Below are positions 1 through 8,092 of a stretch of DNA of 64,000 nucleotides, in pieces. The stretch is from Candidatus Micrarchaeota archaeon (GTDB lineage Archaea; Micrarchaeota; Micrarchaeia; Anstonellales; Bilamarchaeaceae): NCBI GenBank assembly GCA_014730115.1, contig WJIU01000009.1, positions 4,575-68,574 on the forward strand, in the 5' to 3' direction. The notes beneath the pieces were generated by a model. It searched no databases. It saw nothing but the letters and a program-made list of their open reading frames with translations, and had not been told where the DNA came from. Each line of letters opens with the position of its first letter. Position 1 is the first letter of the stretch. The translations under genes were made by a program, and so were the position numbers.

Positions 1-1
1 G

Positions 2-499
2 GCTTTCCAGTTCGGCAAAGGGGGTCTGGCCTATGTCTGCCCGAGAAGGCTGGGCAACGTCTTCATAGCAGAGAGCATTGAATCCTTTGTGGAACAAAAG
101 GGGCTAGGGCCAGACGTTTTGGAATTAAAGAAAAATGAATTCGTGGAAATTCTGGAAAACACCTCAGGGATGGCAAAGACCGCCCTCATGAACCAGGGCA
201 AAATGGCTGGAATCGGGAACATATATTCTGATGAGATACTCTACCAGGCGGGCGTGCACCCGGAAAGGCAGGTGCAGTCAATGAGCGGGGATGGGCTTCA
301 GAACCTTTTCAATGTGACCGGCAGGGTTCTGGAAACTGCAATAAGGCACCATGCGGAACCGGAAGAATTCCCGGAAAGGTATCTCAATTACGACCGGAGC
401 GAGGGCAGGAAGTGCAGCATCTGCTCCGGTGAGATTAAAAAGAAAAAAGTTGGCGGCAGGCCTTCTTATTTCTGCCCCCGGCACCAGAAAAAGCAGTGA
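2..499 (+). CDS. Fpg/Nei-family DNA glycosylase, C-terminal part (5' end lies upstream of the window)
   Basis: The frame is open from the window edge (AFQFGKGGLAYVCPRRLGNVF...). It has an H2TH-like segment NQGKMAGIGNIYSDEILYQAGVHP and a C-terminal zinc finger CSICSGEI...YFCPRHQ. Confidence 0.8.
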   Translation, partial: AFQFGKGGLAYVCPRRLGNVFIAESIESFVEQKGLGPDVLELKKNEFVEILENTSGMAKTALMNQGKMAGIGNIYSDEILYQAGVHPERQVQSMSGDGLQNLFNVTGRVLETAIRHHAEPEEFPERYLNYDRSEGRKCSICSGEIKKKKVGGRPSYFCPRHQKKQ

Positions 500-1188
500 T
501 GCACATGGACCTGAAGGAAAAGGTAGTGCTGGTAACCGGCTCCAGTGCCGGAATAGGAAAGGAAACCGCTCTTGCATTCTCAAAAAAGGGATGCAGAACG
601 GTGGTCACCTACAACAGCGGCAGGGAAGAGGGCGAAAAAGTGCATCAGGAATGCAGCAGGAACAGCGAGTCCCTTTTCCTGCAGCTGGATGTCACCAGCA
701 GCGAATCAATCCGGAAAGCTGTTGAGGATACTGTAAAAAAATTCGGAAGGCTGGACATCCTGGTGAACAATGCGGGCATCATCAGATGGAAGCATCTCAT
801 AGAGCAGGAAGAAAGCGACATTGAAGCGCAGATTGATGTGGACCTTAAAGGCCTTATTAAAATGACCAGGAAAGCCCTCCCCACCCTACACAGGCAAAAG
901 GAGGGAATGATAATCAATATCGCGAGCATGGCAGGCAAGCGGGGCTACGCCGAACTCACTGTCTATTGCGCAGCCAAATTCGGGGTGAGGGGCTTCACCC
1001 GGGCCCTTGCAAAGGAGCTGCCAGATGGAATAAGAACCTACTGCGTGAATCCGGGCATGACTGCCACAAAAATGACCGGCTTCAAAGGAGTGCCTCCTTC
1101 CGAGGTTGCGGGAATAATCATCCGGACTGCCGAAGAAAGGCTGGACAAATCTTCAGGAGAAGACGTTGACGTGCCGGATTACCTTTAG
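499..1188 (+). CDS. Short-chain dehydrogenase/reductase (SDR)
   Basis: Contains VLVTGSSAGIGKETA (TGxxxGxG), NNAG and the YCAAKFG (YxxxK) catalytic motif. The ATG overlaps the upstream stop (GTGATG); the track start at 496 is GTG. Confidence 0.85.
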   Translation: MHMDLKEKVVLVTGSSAGIGKETALAFSKKGCRTVVTYNSGREEGEKVHQECSRNSESLFLQLDVTSSESIRKAVEDTVKKFGRLDILVNNAGIIRWKHLIEQEESDIEAQIDVDLKGLIKMTRKALPTLHRQKEGMIINIASMAGKRGYAELTVYCAAKFGVRGFTRALAKELPDGIRTYCVNPGMTATKMTGFKGVPPSEVAGIIIRTAEERLDKSSGEDVDVPDYL

Positions 1189-1195
1189 GGAGAGC

Positions 1196-2350
1196 ATGGA
1201 CAGGAAGAAGGGGAGAAAGAACGTTATACTGCTGGGAATCACCAGTTTTCTCAACGACCTGAGCAGTGAAATGATTATGCCAATCCTGCCTTTCTTTCTT
1301 TCCTCCCTAGGCGCTTCCCCGGTGCTTATCGGTCTGGTGGGCGGGCTGCGAAACTCGCTTGACAAGCTTCTCACGATATTTTTCGGGTATTTTTCCGACA
1401 AGGTAGCCAGGAGAAGGCCCTTTGTCTACGGCGGCTACATTACATCTGCCTTATTCAAGCTGGTACTTGCATTCTCCCCGAATGCCATTTTTGCATCCTC
1501 TTCAGCGTCCCTGGAAAGAATCGGAAAAGGCATGAGGGACGCTCCCAGGGATGCTATGATTGGAAAGTACATGCCGGAAAGGACCGGCGAAGGGTTCGGG
1601 CTCCACCAGATGCTTGACACCGGGGGGGCAGTCTGCGGAGCGGTTGCTGCAGTTGTACTAATCGCGGTATTTGGAACAGGCTATACAACAATAATTCTGG
1701 GTGCGGGAATCATAGCGTTCGCTTCCATCATTCCGTTGTTCTTCCTTGAGGACAATGTAAAAATCAAGAAAAAAGCGGTGGACTTTTTTGGCTCTTTATA
1801 CCAAATTCCGAAAGAGCTTTGGGCATTTAACCTCATTGCCGGCCTTTTCTCTCTTGCCAATTTCAGCTATATGTTCTTCCTGATGAAGGCCCAGCTCTCC
1901 GAAGGCCTGGTTGTTCCGCTAATGCTTTATGCCCTTTTCAATGTTTTCTACGCTGCAGCCGCCTATCCCCTTGGGAAAAAGGCTGATGAGATTGGCAAAA
2001 GGAAGATACTGATTGGCGGGTATCTGCTGTTTTCGCTGGTATCCCTTTCATTTTCAGTGTTTTCAAGCCTGGCCGCACTGCTGCTGATTTTCGTATTTTA
2101 TGGAATTGCATATGCTGCAGTCAACCTCCAGAGGGCCTATGTAGTGGATATTGCCCCCCAGAGGATTAAGGCAACCGCGGTAGGCTCTTTCCAGCTGGTC
2201 GTGGGGCTGGCAGCAATACCCTCCGGCCTGATAGCAGGGGCTTTATGGGAAATCATCTCCCCGGAAGCAACATTCGTATTCGGAGCCCTGCTCTCCATGG
2301 CTGCTGCAATTCTTTTGTTTTTGAAAATGCCCCGGTCCCGAAACGACTAA
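1196..2350 (+). CDS. MFS-type transporter
   Basis: About 12 hydrophobic helices with a charged loop GYFSDKVARRRP typical of MFS. ATG at 1196 is preceded by GGGAGAG; the track start at 1166 is TTG inside the SDR gene. Confidence 0.7.
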   Translation: MDRKKGRKNVILLGITSFLNDLSSEMIMPILPFFLSSLGASPVLIGLVGGLRNSLDKLLTIFFGYFSDKVARRRPFVYGGYITSALFKLVLAFSPNAIFASSSASLERIGKGMRDAPRDAMIGKYMPERTGEGFGLHQMLDTGGAVCGAVAAVVLIAVFGTGYTTIILGAGIIAFASIIPLFFLEDNVKIKKKAVDFFGSLYQIPKELWAFNLIAGLFSLANFSYMFFLMKAQLSEGLVVPLMLYALFNVFYAAAAYPLGKKADEIGKRKILIGGYLLFSLVSLSFSVFSSLAALLLIFVFYGIAYAAVNLQRAYVVDIAPQRIKATAVGSFQLVVGLAAIPSGLIAGALWEIISPEATFVFGALLSMAAAILLFLKMPRSRND

Positions 2351-2382
2351 AGGGATTAAAAGATTGTCTAGGTTATCCCACC

Positions 2383-3330
2383 ATGGTCAGCCATCTTAAG
2401 ATTGCGGTCGTGATGATTCTGCTCACCGTGGTCCTGGCAGCGGGCTATGTGGCCTTTTCCTACCAGCATGAGGCCTCAGCAAAAGTGGCACAGTCTGGGT
2501 CAGTGTTCCTTATTGCCATACTTCTGGATACCCTCATCGATACTTATCTGATAAAGCAGATAAAGGCAAGAAAAGCAAGATTCCTGGTTTCAAAGAGCCT
2601 AGGGTATGCGGCATACCTTGTGGCAACCACCATAATCATTGCAGTATGGATTGAGCAGGCATCCAATCTTTTGTTTACCGTTGGTGTTGTAGGCGCAGGA
2701 ATTGCAGTGGCCCTCCAGCGCCCGATTACAAACCTGGCCGGTTTTGTGGTGATACTGGCAACACGGGCCTATACCCCGGGTGACCGGATAGAAATCGACG
2801 GGGACATGGGAGATGTCATAGACATTGAATTTTTCCACACAACGGTTATGGAAACCGGGAAATGGACCATGTATGACCAGTTCACAGGAAGGATAAAGAC
2901 AATCCCAAACTACTATGTTCTGGAGAAGGTGGTGAACAATTATTCCAGGGATTTCGGGTTCATATGGGAAGAGATTATGGTACCGGTCACCTATGCAAGC
3001 GACTGGGTTAAGGCCAGGAAGATAATGCTGGAGATTGCCGGAAAGCATTCAAAGAAAGCTGTGGAGGAGGGAGAGGGCCAGTTAAAGAAAATGACGTACA
3101 AATACCTCTTGGAGCCAAGGGCAACCGAGCCGGCCGCCTATGTGACTCCCACCGACAACTGGATAGAGCTGAGGCTCAGATTCATCGTCGACGCCCATCA
3201 CCGGAGAAGCAACGTTGACCCGGTATGGGAGGAGATACTCAGAAAGTTCAAAAAGGAAAAGAAAATAAGGGTTTCCAGCAAGACTTCCGCAAGGACCTGG
3301 GATGCCGCAAGGACAAAGGAGGATTACTGA
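2383..3330 (+). CDS. Small-conductance mechanosensitive channel (MscS family)
   Basis: N-terminal TM helices are followed by the MscS beta-domain signature YTPGDRIEIDGDMGDVIDIEFFHTTV. ATG at 2383 lies after the MFS stop. Confidence 0.8.
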   Translation: MVSHLKIAVVMILLTVVLAAGYVAFSYQHEASAKVAQSGSVFLIAILLDTLIDTYLIKQIKARKARFLVSKSLGYAAYLVATTIIIAVWIEQASNLLFTVGVVGAGIAVALQRPITNLAGFVVILATRAYTPGDRIEIDGDMGDVIDIEFFHTTVMETGKWTMYDQFTGRIKTIPNYYVLEKVVNNYSRDFGFIWEEIMVPVTYASDWVKARKIMLEIAGKHSKKAVEEGEGQLKKMTYKYLLEPRATEPAAYVTPTDNWIELRLRFIVDAHHRRSNVDPVWEEILRKFKKEKKIRVSSKTSARTWDAARTKEDY

Positions 3331-4563
3331 ATGGACCTGGAAAGCTTGTTTCTCATAATCGGCTCAATCATCCTCATAGGGTTTACCGGCAGGGTCGTAA
3401 GGCAGACCACCCAGGTTCCGGAATCCCTGTTCCTGATACTCTTCGGGCTGATTCTGGGGCCGCTGACCGGCCTGGTCCCCACCAGGCCGCTTCTTGACTT
3501 CGTGCCTATTATTTCAGCCGCAGCAATGATTGCCATACTGGTGGAATCCGGAATTGAGTTTGAAATCAAGAGGCTGAAGGGGTCTTTGGGTTCTGCCCTG
3601 CTTTTCACCCTGATGGTGGCGGTAGTCACCACCGTGCTTGTCGCCGCTGTCCTCCATTATTTCTTCGGCTGGGAACCGGCCCATGCCGCACTCCTGGGGC
3701 TTATAAGCAGCGGTACCACCACCATAACCGCCATGTCCCTTCTGAAGGGAACCGATGTAAGCAAAAAAGTACAAAGGACCGTGCTGCTGGAGACAATAAT
3801 CAATGACTTTACCCTGATTGTGGGGACATTCCTTATTGTGGAATACATGAAGGTAAAGGATTTCAGCATAAACGAGGCCGCCAAACTGTTCTTCTCTGAA
3901 CTCTCTACAGGCATTCTGATTGGAATCCTTTTTGCGGTCTTCTGGAGATGGGTGCTTCTGGAAATCAACAAGAAAAAGGAGCTCAGCTATGCATCTACCA
4001 TCGGAATCTGCTTTGTAATATACTATCTCGCCTCCTTCTTTGGAGGAAATCCAATAATTGCCATATTCACATTCAGCCTCCTGCTCGGCAACTACCACAG
4101 GATATACCAGCATATAACCACGTCCAAGGTCCGTGAGAAAAGCAAATTTGACCCGGTTCTCCGCTCCATCAAATCGGTGCAGACAGATTTTACGTTCTTT
4201 ATTGCTTCATCTTTCTTTGTCCTGCTGGGAATCACCCTGGACCCCTCACTTTTTGACTTCTCCACAACCCTGCTGATTGCCAGCATCATCGTAATAATCA
4301 TAGCAACCAGATACCTGGCCTCTGAAATTCTTGCAAAAACGGATAAGGACTTTTCCAGCTATTCAATGATAATGTCCCTCATGATTCCAAGGGGTTATGT
4401 TGCGGCTGTCCTTGCCTTCGTCCCCGCACAGGAAGGCATAGAAATCCCCAGGATTACAGACATTATGGTCGTGCTGATAGTGGTTACGACGCTCATCGCC
4501 ATTGGTGGAACTGTGCTGTACACCCGGCTCGGAAAGAAGAAGGCAAAACAGGAGAGTGGATAA
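3331..4563 (+). CDS. Cation:proton antiporter (NhaP/CPA1-like)
   Basis: Polytopic membrane protein. The N-terminus LFLIIGSIILIGFTGRVVRQTTQVPESLFLILFGLILGP is typical of Na+/H+ exchangers. Confidence 0.75.
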   Translation: MDLESLFLIIGSIILIGFTGRVVRQTTQVPESLFLILFGLILGPLTGLVPTRPLLDFVPIISAAAMIAILVESGIEFEIKRLKGSLGSALLFTLMVAVVTTVLVAAVLHYFFGWEPAHAALLGLISSGTTTITAMSLLKGTDVSKKVQRTVLLETIINDFTLIVGTFLIVEYMKVKDFSINEAAKLFFSELSTGILIGILFAVFWRWVLLEINKKKELSYASTIGICFVIYYLASFFGGNPIIAIFTFSLLLGNYHRIYQHITTSKVREKSKFDPVLRSIKSVQTDFTFFIASSFFVLLGITLDPSLFDFSTTLLIASIIVIIIATRYLASEILAKTDKDFSSYSMIMSLMIPRGYVAAVLAFVPAQEGIEIPRITDIMVVLIVVTTLIAIGGTVLYTRLGKKKAKQESG

Positions 4564-4598
4564 TAATTTAAACGCTTATCCCTAAATAGAGAAAAGTT

Positions 4599-4717
4599 GC
4601 CTCGGTAGCTCAGTTGGTAGAGCGGCTGACTGTTAGCAAACTTTTAGTAAAAGTTTGACCAAAACTGAATGTTTAGTTGAAATCAGCAGGCCGGAGGTTC
4701 GAGACCTCCCCGGGGCG
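4599..4717 (+). tRNA. tRNA-Asn (GUU) with a 46-nt intron at the canonical 37/38 position; no encoded CCA
   Basis: Hand-folded cloverleaf: acceptor GCCTCGG/CCGGGGC (one G-U), D arm GCTC-AGTTGGTA-GAGC, anticodon stem GCTGA/TCAGC, loop CTGTTA+A with GTT at 4632-4634, T arm GGAGG-TTCGAGA-CCTCC, discriminator G. The intron is 4636-4681. Confidence 0.9.
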
Positions 4718-4805
4718 TATTTTCATCCATAAAATACGACAAATAACCAAGTTGGCAAAATTTGTGTTTTTTTGTCAACTTTGTCTACTCCTTATCGGAA
4801 ACAGA

Positions 4806-4885
4806 GGTTATCCCCACCATTTTATGCTTGTTTTGTGGGTATAAGAGTTATCCCCACATTTTTTAAATATTTTTGTGGGTATAAC
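4806..4885. promoter_or_regulatory. Two tandem 40-bp units, each an imperfect inverted repeat GTTATCCCCAC-N17-GTGGGTATAA(C), ending 6 nt before the fic ATG
   Basis: Arms are at 4807-4817/4835-4844 and 4847-4857/4875-4885, with an exact 40-bp period. The second spacer contains TTTTTTAAATATTTTT (TATA-like) about 25 nt upstream of ATG 4891. Confidence 0.6.
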
Positions 4886-4890
4886 TATTC

Positions 4891-5853
4891 ATGCCGATAA
4901 AGAAAAGAACGGTCAAAGGAAAGACGTACTTCTATTTAGAGAGGAATATCCGCATCGGGGACAAGACCTGGAAGACTTTCTCTATTTACATAGGTTCAAA
5001 AAAGCCGTCAAAAACCGAAGTTGCGAAGCTTGAAAAGAAACTGGAGCAGAAAATCAGGAAATTCATCAGAAATCAGATTTTGAAGCCCAAAACCCAGCTC
5101 ATAGACGAAAAGACCGCCATGAAACTGGAAAGAATACGGACCTCCCACGAGAAGATACTTACTGCACTTGATAAGGCCAGCAAAGAGAAATACCTGAAAA
5201 GGCAAAGGCAAACCTTCATCACCAATACGAATGCCATAGAAGGGAGCCAGCTGACGCTTGAGCAGACAAAGAAAATACTTGAGCTCAAGGACAGGTATGA
5301 AGCTGAGGGCAGAGAAGAGCTTGAAGTAGTGAATATGGAGCAGTGCCTTGAATTATACGACAAACTATTGGACCAGAAGGCAGAACTGACTGAAAAGATC
5401 ATTCTAAAGCTGCATTTGCTACTTCTGAAGACAATACCAAGTTATGAGGGTTATGCTGGAGTTTGGCGACCAGTTGATGTTCACATCAGGGGCTCCGAAT
5501 ACGACTTCCCACCATGGAAAGATGTACCCAAGCTCATGACCGAACTGCTAAACTGGTATGAAAAGAACAAAGAAAAGATACATCCAGTTGAATTGGCAGC
5601 TATCTTCCACACAAGATTCGTTACGATCCATCCATTTGCAGATGGAAACGGGCGCATGGCCCGTTTGCTTATGAATTACATCCTTCAAATCAATGGATTC
5701 CCTTTCACGGACATCCCTTTCTCCAAGAGGGATGAGTACTTCGATACGCAGGAAGAAGGCCATTTCGGGAAGCACAGGCCATTCGTTCTGTTCTTGGTCA
5801 AAGAGATAAAGAAGCAATTTGCAGAACTAAAGAGAAAAACGAAAAAGGCATGA
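4891..5853 (+). CDS. fic: Fic-domain protein (class II-like, with internal inhibitory motif)
   Basis: Carries the catalytic motif HPFADGNGRMARLL. An upstream TNAIEG matches the [S/T]xxxE[G/N] auto-inhibition motif. The N-terminal roughly 90 aa are basic. Confidence 0.9.
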   Translation: MPIKKRTVKGKTYFYLERNIRIGDKTWKTFSIYIGSKKPSKTEVAKLEKKLEQKIRKFIRNQILKPKTQLIDEKTAMKLERIRTSHEKILTALDKASKEKYLKRQRQTFITNTNAIEGSQLTLEQTKKILELKDRYEAEGREELEVVNMEQCLELYDKLLDQKAELTEKIILKLHLLLLKTIPSYEGYAGVWRPVDVHIRGSEYDFPPWKDVPKLMTELLNWYEKNKEKIHPVELAAIFHTRFVTIHPFADGNGRMARLLMNYILQINGFPFTDIPFSKRDEYFDTQEEGHFGKHRPFVLFLVKEIKKQFAELKRKTKKA

Positions 5854-5903
5854 CCTCAAAGCTAAAAATTGTGGTCACATAGATAGATTAAAAATAAGCA
5901 GTA

Positions 5904-5981
5904 CAAAATGTTGCACATACATGCTGGATACTGCATGTTTCAAGGAGGGTCTGAACCTCTGATTCGGCTCACCACGGGGCA
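5904..5981 (+). repeat. Copy 1 of a ~78-bp direct repeat ending in a degenerate tRNA-Asn 3'-end mimic
   Basis: caaaATGTTGCACATACATGCTGGATACTGCATGTTTCAAGGAGGGTCTGAACCTCTGATTCGGCTCACCACGGGGCA. It is near-identical to 6594-6672 (a few substitutions and one indel, by eye). It contains the hairpin ACATGC-N8-GCATGT. Confidence 0.8.
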
Positions 5982-6107
5982 CTCATTTTAACGTTTTTTA
6001 TAATAATATAATATCAAATTCCCCGAAAGAAATAGACCCGGCCCGAGATTACACAATCTAGTAAGGATTAAAAAGAAGTTTCGACATAAATAAAGATGTG
6101 ATAATAA

Positions 6108-6332
6108 ATGTATAATCTTTCAGCTGTAATAGAAAAAGAAGAAAGCTTGTATGTTGCCCACTGCCTGGAGCTCCAGGTAACGAGCCAGGGCAAAACTATC
6201 GAAGAGGCCCTGGAAAATCTGAAAGAAGCGGCAGAGCTTTACTTAGAACATGCTAGTCCTGAAGAGATTGAAGATCTACAGAAAGCACATGCAAAGAACC
6301 CGATTATTGCTACCATAAGTGTTGGTAACTGA
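6108..6332 (+). CDS. hicB: HicB-like antitoxin (UPF0150 family)
   Basis: The 74-aa sequence MYNLSAVIEKEESLYVAHCLELQVTSQGKTIEEALENLKEAAELYLEH is typical of the HicB N-terminal fold. Its stop overlaps the ATG of the hicA remnant. Confidence 0.8.
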   Translation: MYNLSAVIEKEESLYVAHCLELQVTSQGKTIEEALENLKEAAELYLEHASPEEIEDLQKAHAKNPIIATISVGN

Positions 6333-6564
6333 TGAAACTTCCGATTATTTCTGGACAGGAAGTAATCAAAATTCTCTCAAGGGCAGGTTTCACAAAGCTT
6401 GGGCAAAAAGGAAGCCATGTAATTCTTGTTAAGGAGTTAATGGAAGGAAACTGAAGCCAGTTGTTCCTTTGCATAAGGAACTGGCAATAGGAACTTTATT
6501 GAGCATAATTAGACAGGCCGGCTTGACCAGAGACGATTTCATCCATCTTTATAACAAAAAATAG
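6332..6564 (+). pseudogene. hicA: HicA mRNA-interferase toxin, disrupted by a frameshift
   Basis: Frame 1 reads MKLPIISGQEVIKILSRAGFTKLGQKGSHVILVKELMEGN and stops at 6452-6454. The conserved remainder KLKPVVPLHKELAIGTLLSIIRQAGLTRDDF continues in the -1 frame to TAG 6562-6564. Confidence 0.75.
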
Positions 6565-6593
6565 TTTTGTGAAATATTTAAGATTTTAACCTG

Positions 6594-6672
6594 CAATATG
6601 TTGCACATAGATGCTGGATACTGCATGTTTCAAGGGGGGTCTGAACCTCTGATTCGGCTCATCCCCGGGGCG
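6594..6672 (+). repeat. Copy 2 of the ~78-bp direct repeat; its last 11 nt equal the tRNA-Asn 3' end
   Basis: TCCCCGGGGCG at 6662-6672 is identical to 4707-4717, the last T-stem base plus the acceptor 3' strand and discriminator. GGGGGTCTGAACCTCT resembles the T arm GGAGGTTCGAGACCTCC. Confidence 0.8.
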
Positions 6673-6745
6673 TGAAAATCAAGGCCTGGCAGTAGCCACG
6701 TCGGAGCCATGAACGCAGTTCATGCAATCTCGGGGCATGCCGGAA

Positions 6746-7360
6746 TTAGGGGGATTGCCCCTGTATTTCCTCAAGACGCCTGCCTACTTCCTTCCAGTTT
6801 ACTACATTCCAGAATGCTTCGATGAATTTTCCTTTCTCATTCTTGTAGTCAAGGTAGAAGGCGTGCTCCCAGAGGTCAAGGGTCATTATTATCCTGAACC
6901 CGGGATAGACATTCACGCTGTGCTTCTCCACCTGGCCTATCATCAGCCTTCCGGTCTTGCTGCAGTAAGCCAATACCGCCCAGCCGGAGCCTTCCACTTT
7001 GCATGCATCCCAGAATTCCTTCCTGAAACGCTCAAGGCTTCCGAACTCAGCGTCAATCATCTCTGCCAGCTTTCCTTCCGGCTCCCCCCCGCCGTCGGGG
7101 GACATGTTTTCCCAAAAAAGGGAATGCAGGACATGGCCGCCCACGTTAAAGGAAAGGGCCTTCAGCTCAGACTTCATGTCAAGCTCCTGGTTATTCTTTC
7201 TTGCGTTGTCCAGCGTCTCCAATATGGCATTCGCCCCGTTTACATAGCCGGCATGATGCTTGTCGTGATGCAGGGTAAGGAGCTCTTCTGAAATATTGGG
7301 CTCAAGGTCCTTGTAGCCGTAGGGAAGCTCCGGCAACTGATAGAAATTTTTTCCACTCAT
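6746..7360 (-). CDS. sod: Fe/Mn superoxide dismutase
   Basis: Contains [32 protein letters not shown] and [13 protein letters not shown], the canonical Fe/Mn-SOD motifs. Confidence 0.95.
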   Translation of the reverse strand: MSGKNFYQLPELPYGYKDLEPNISEELLTLHHDKHHAGYVNGANAILETLDNARKNNQELDMKSELKALSFNVGGHVLHSLFWENMSPDGGGEPEGKLAEMIDAEFGSLERFRKEFWDACKVEGSGWAVLAYCSKTGRLMIGQVEKHSVNVYPGFRIIMTLDLWEHAFYLDYKNEKGKFIEAFWNVVNWKEVGRRLEEIQGQSP

Positions 7361-7472
7361 AATTTACACCGACCACACTCTCTCCGGCAAGCTTTTAAAT
7401 TCTAAACTGGCGAAGCATGCCGTTTTTCAGGCGCCTGCCAACATTTATAGTTCCTGAGCACACAATCGCCCC

Positions 7473-8036
7473 ATGGGAAAAATGCTCGAGAAATACCAGG
7501 AAAAAAGAAAATTCGAGGCGACCACAGAGCCTTCCGGAGAAAAGGGGAAAAGTCCAGCCGGCAATATTTTCGTAATTCAAAAGCATGATGCAAGCAGCCT
7601 CCACTATGATTTCCGGCTAAGAATCGGGGATGTGCTCAAATCGTGGGCAGTGCCCAAGGGGCCTTCCACCGACCCTTCTCAAAAAAGGCTGGCCGTTCCA
7701 ACGGAAGACCACCCCCTCCAATATGCGGATTTCGAGGGAATAATACCGGAAGGCGAATACGGAGCGGGAACAGTGATGGTCTGGGACACAGGAAAATTCC
7801 GGAACATCGGGGAAAAAGGCCTGGAGGATTCCTATAAAGAAGGAAAAATCAAAGTCTGGCTGGAAGGGAAAAAACTGGGAGGGGGATATTCCCTTGTAAA
7901 AACAGGAAAGAACTGGCTGTTAATTAAAATGGATGATGAGAAAGCTGACGCACGGAGAAATCCGACAAGTACAGAGCCGCTGTCTGTGAAAAGCAGCCGC
8001 TCTCTGAAGGAGATAAAACAGGAATCCAAAGGCTGA
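7473..8036 (+). CDS. Stand-alone LigD-type 3'-phosphoesterase domain protein
   Basis: FVIQKHDASSLHYDFRLRIGDVLKSWAVPKGPSTDPSQKRLAVPTEDHPLQYADFEGIIPEGEYGAGTVMVWDTG matches the LigD PE domain. The start could instead be ATG 7482. Confidence 0.85.
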   Translation: MGKMLEKYQEKRKFEATTEPSGEKGKSPAGNIFVIQKHDASSLHYDFRLRIGDVLKSWAVPKGPSTDPSQKRLAVPTEDHPLQYADFEGIIPEGEYGAGTVMVWDTGKFRNIGEKGLEDSYKEGKIKVWLEGKKLGGGYSLVKTGKNWLLIKMDDEKADARRNPTSTEPLSVKSSRSLKEIKQESKG

Positions 8037-8092
8037 CCAGGCGAAAAAGGCAGTTTTATAATGCTCGGGGGGCAAGCCTTTGATGTGATAGA

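Noticed and set aside
4806-4885. The tandem 40-bp units considered as a mini CRISPR array.
   Set aside because: There are only two units. Each is itself an inverted repeat enclosing a TATA-like box directly before a start codon, there are no cas genes, and the 'spacers' are AT-rich promoter sequence. No CRISPR array was seen anywhere in the window.
4718-6672. An active integrative element at tRNA-Asn.
   Set aside because: No integrase or recombinase ORF lies between the repeats, and the intervals are only about 1.2 and 0.7 kb. I report it only as a probable remnant of past integrations.
6722-7291. A 189-aa plus-strand ORF.
   Set aside because: It is antisense to the clearly identified Fe/Mn superoxide dismutase gene.
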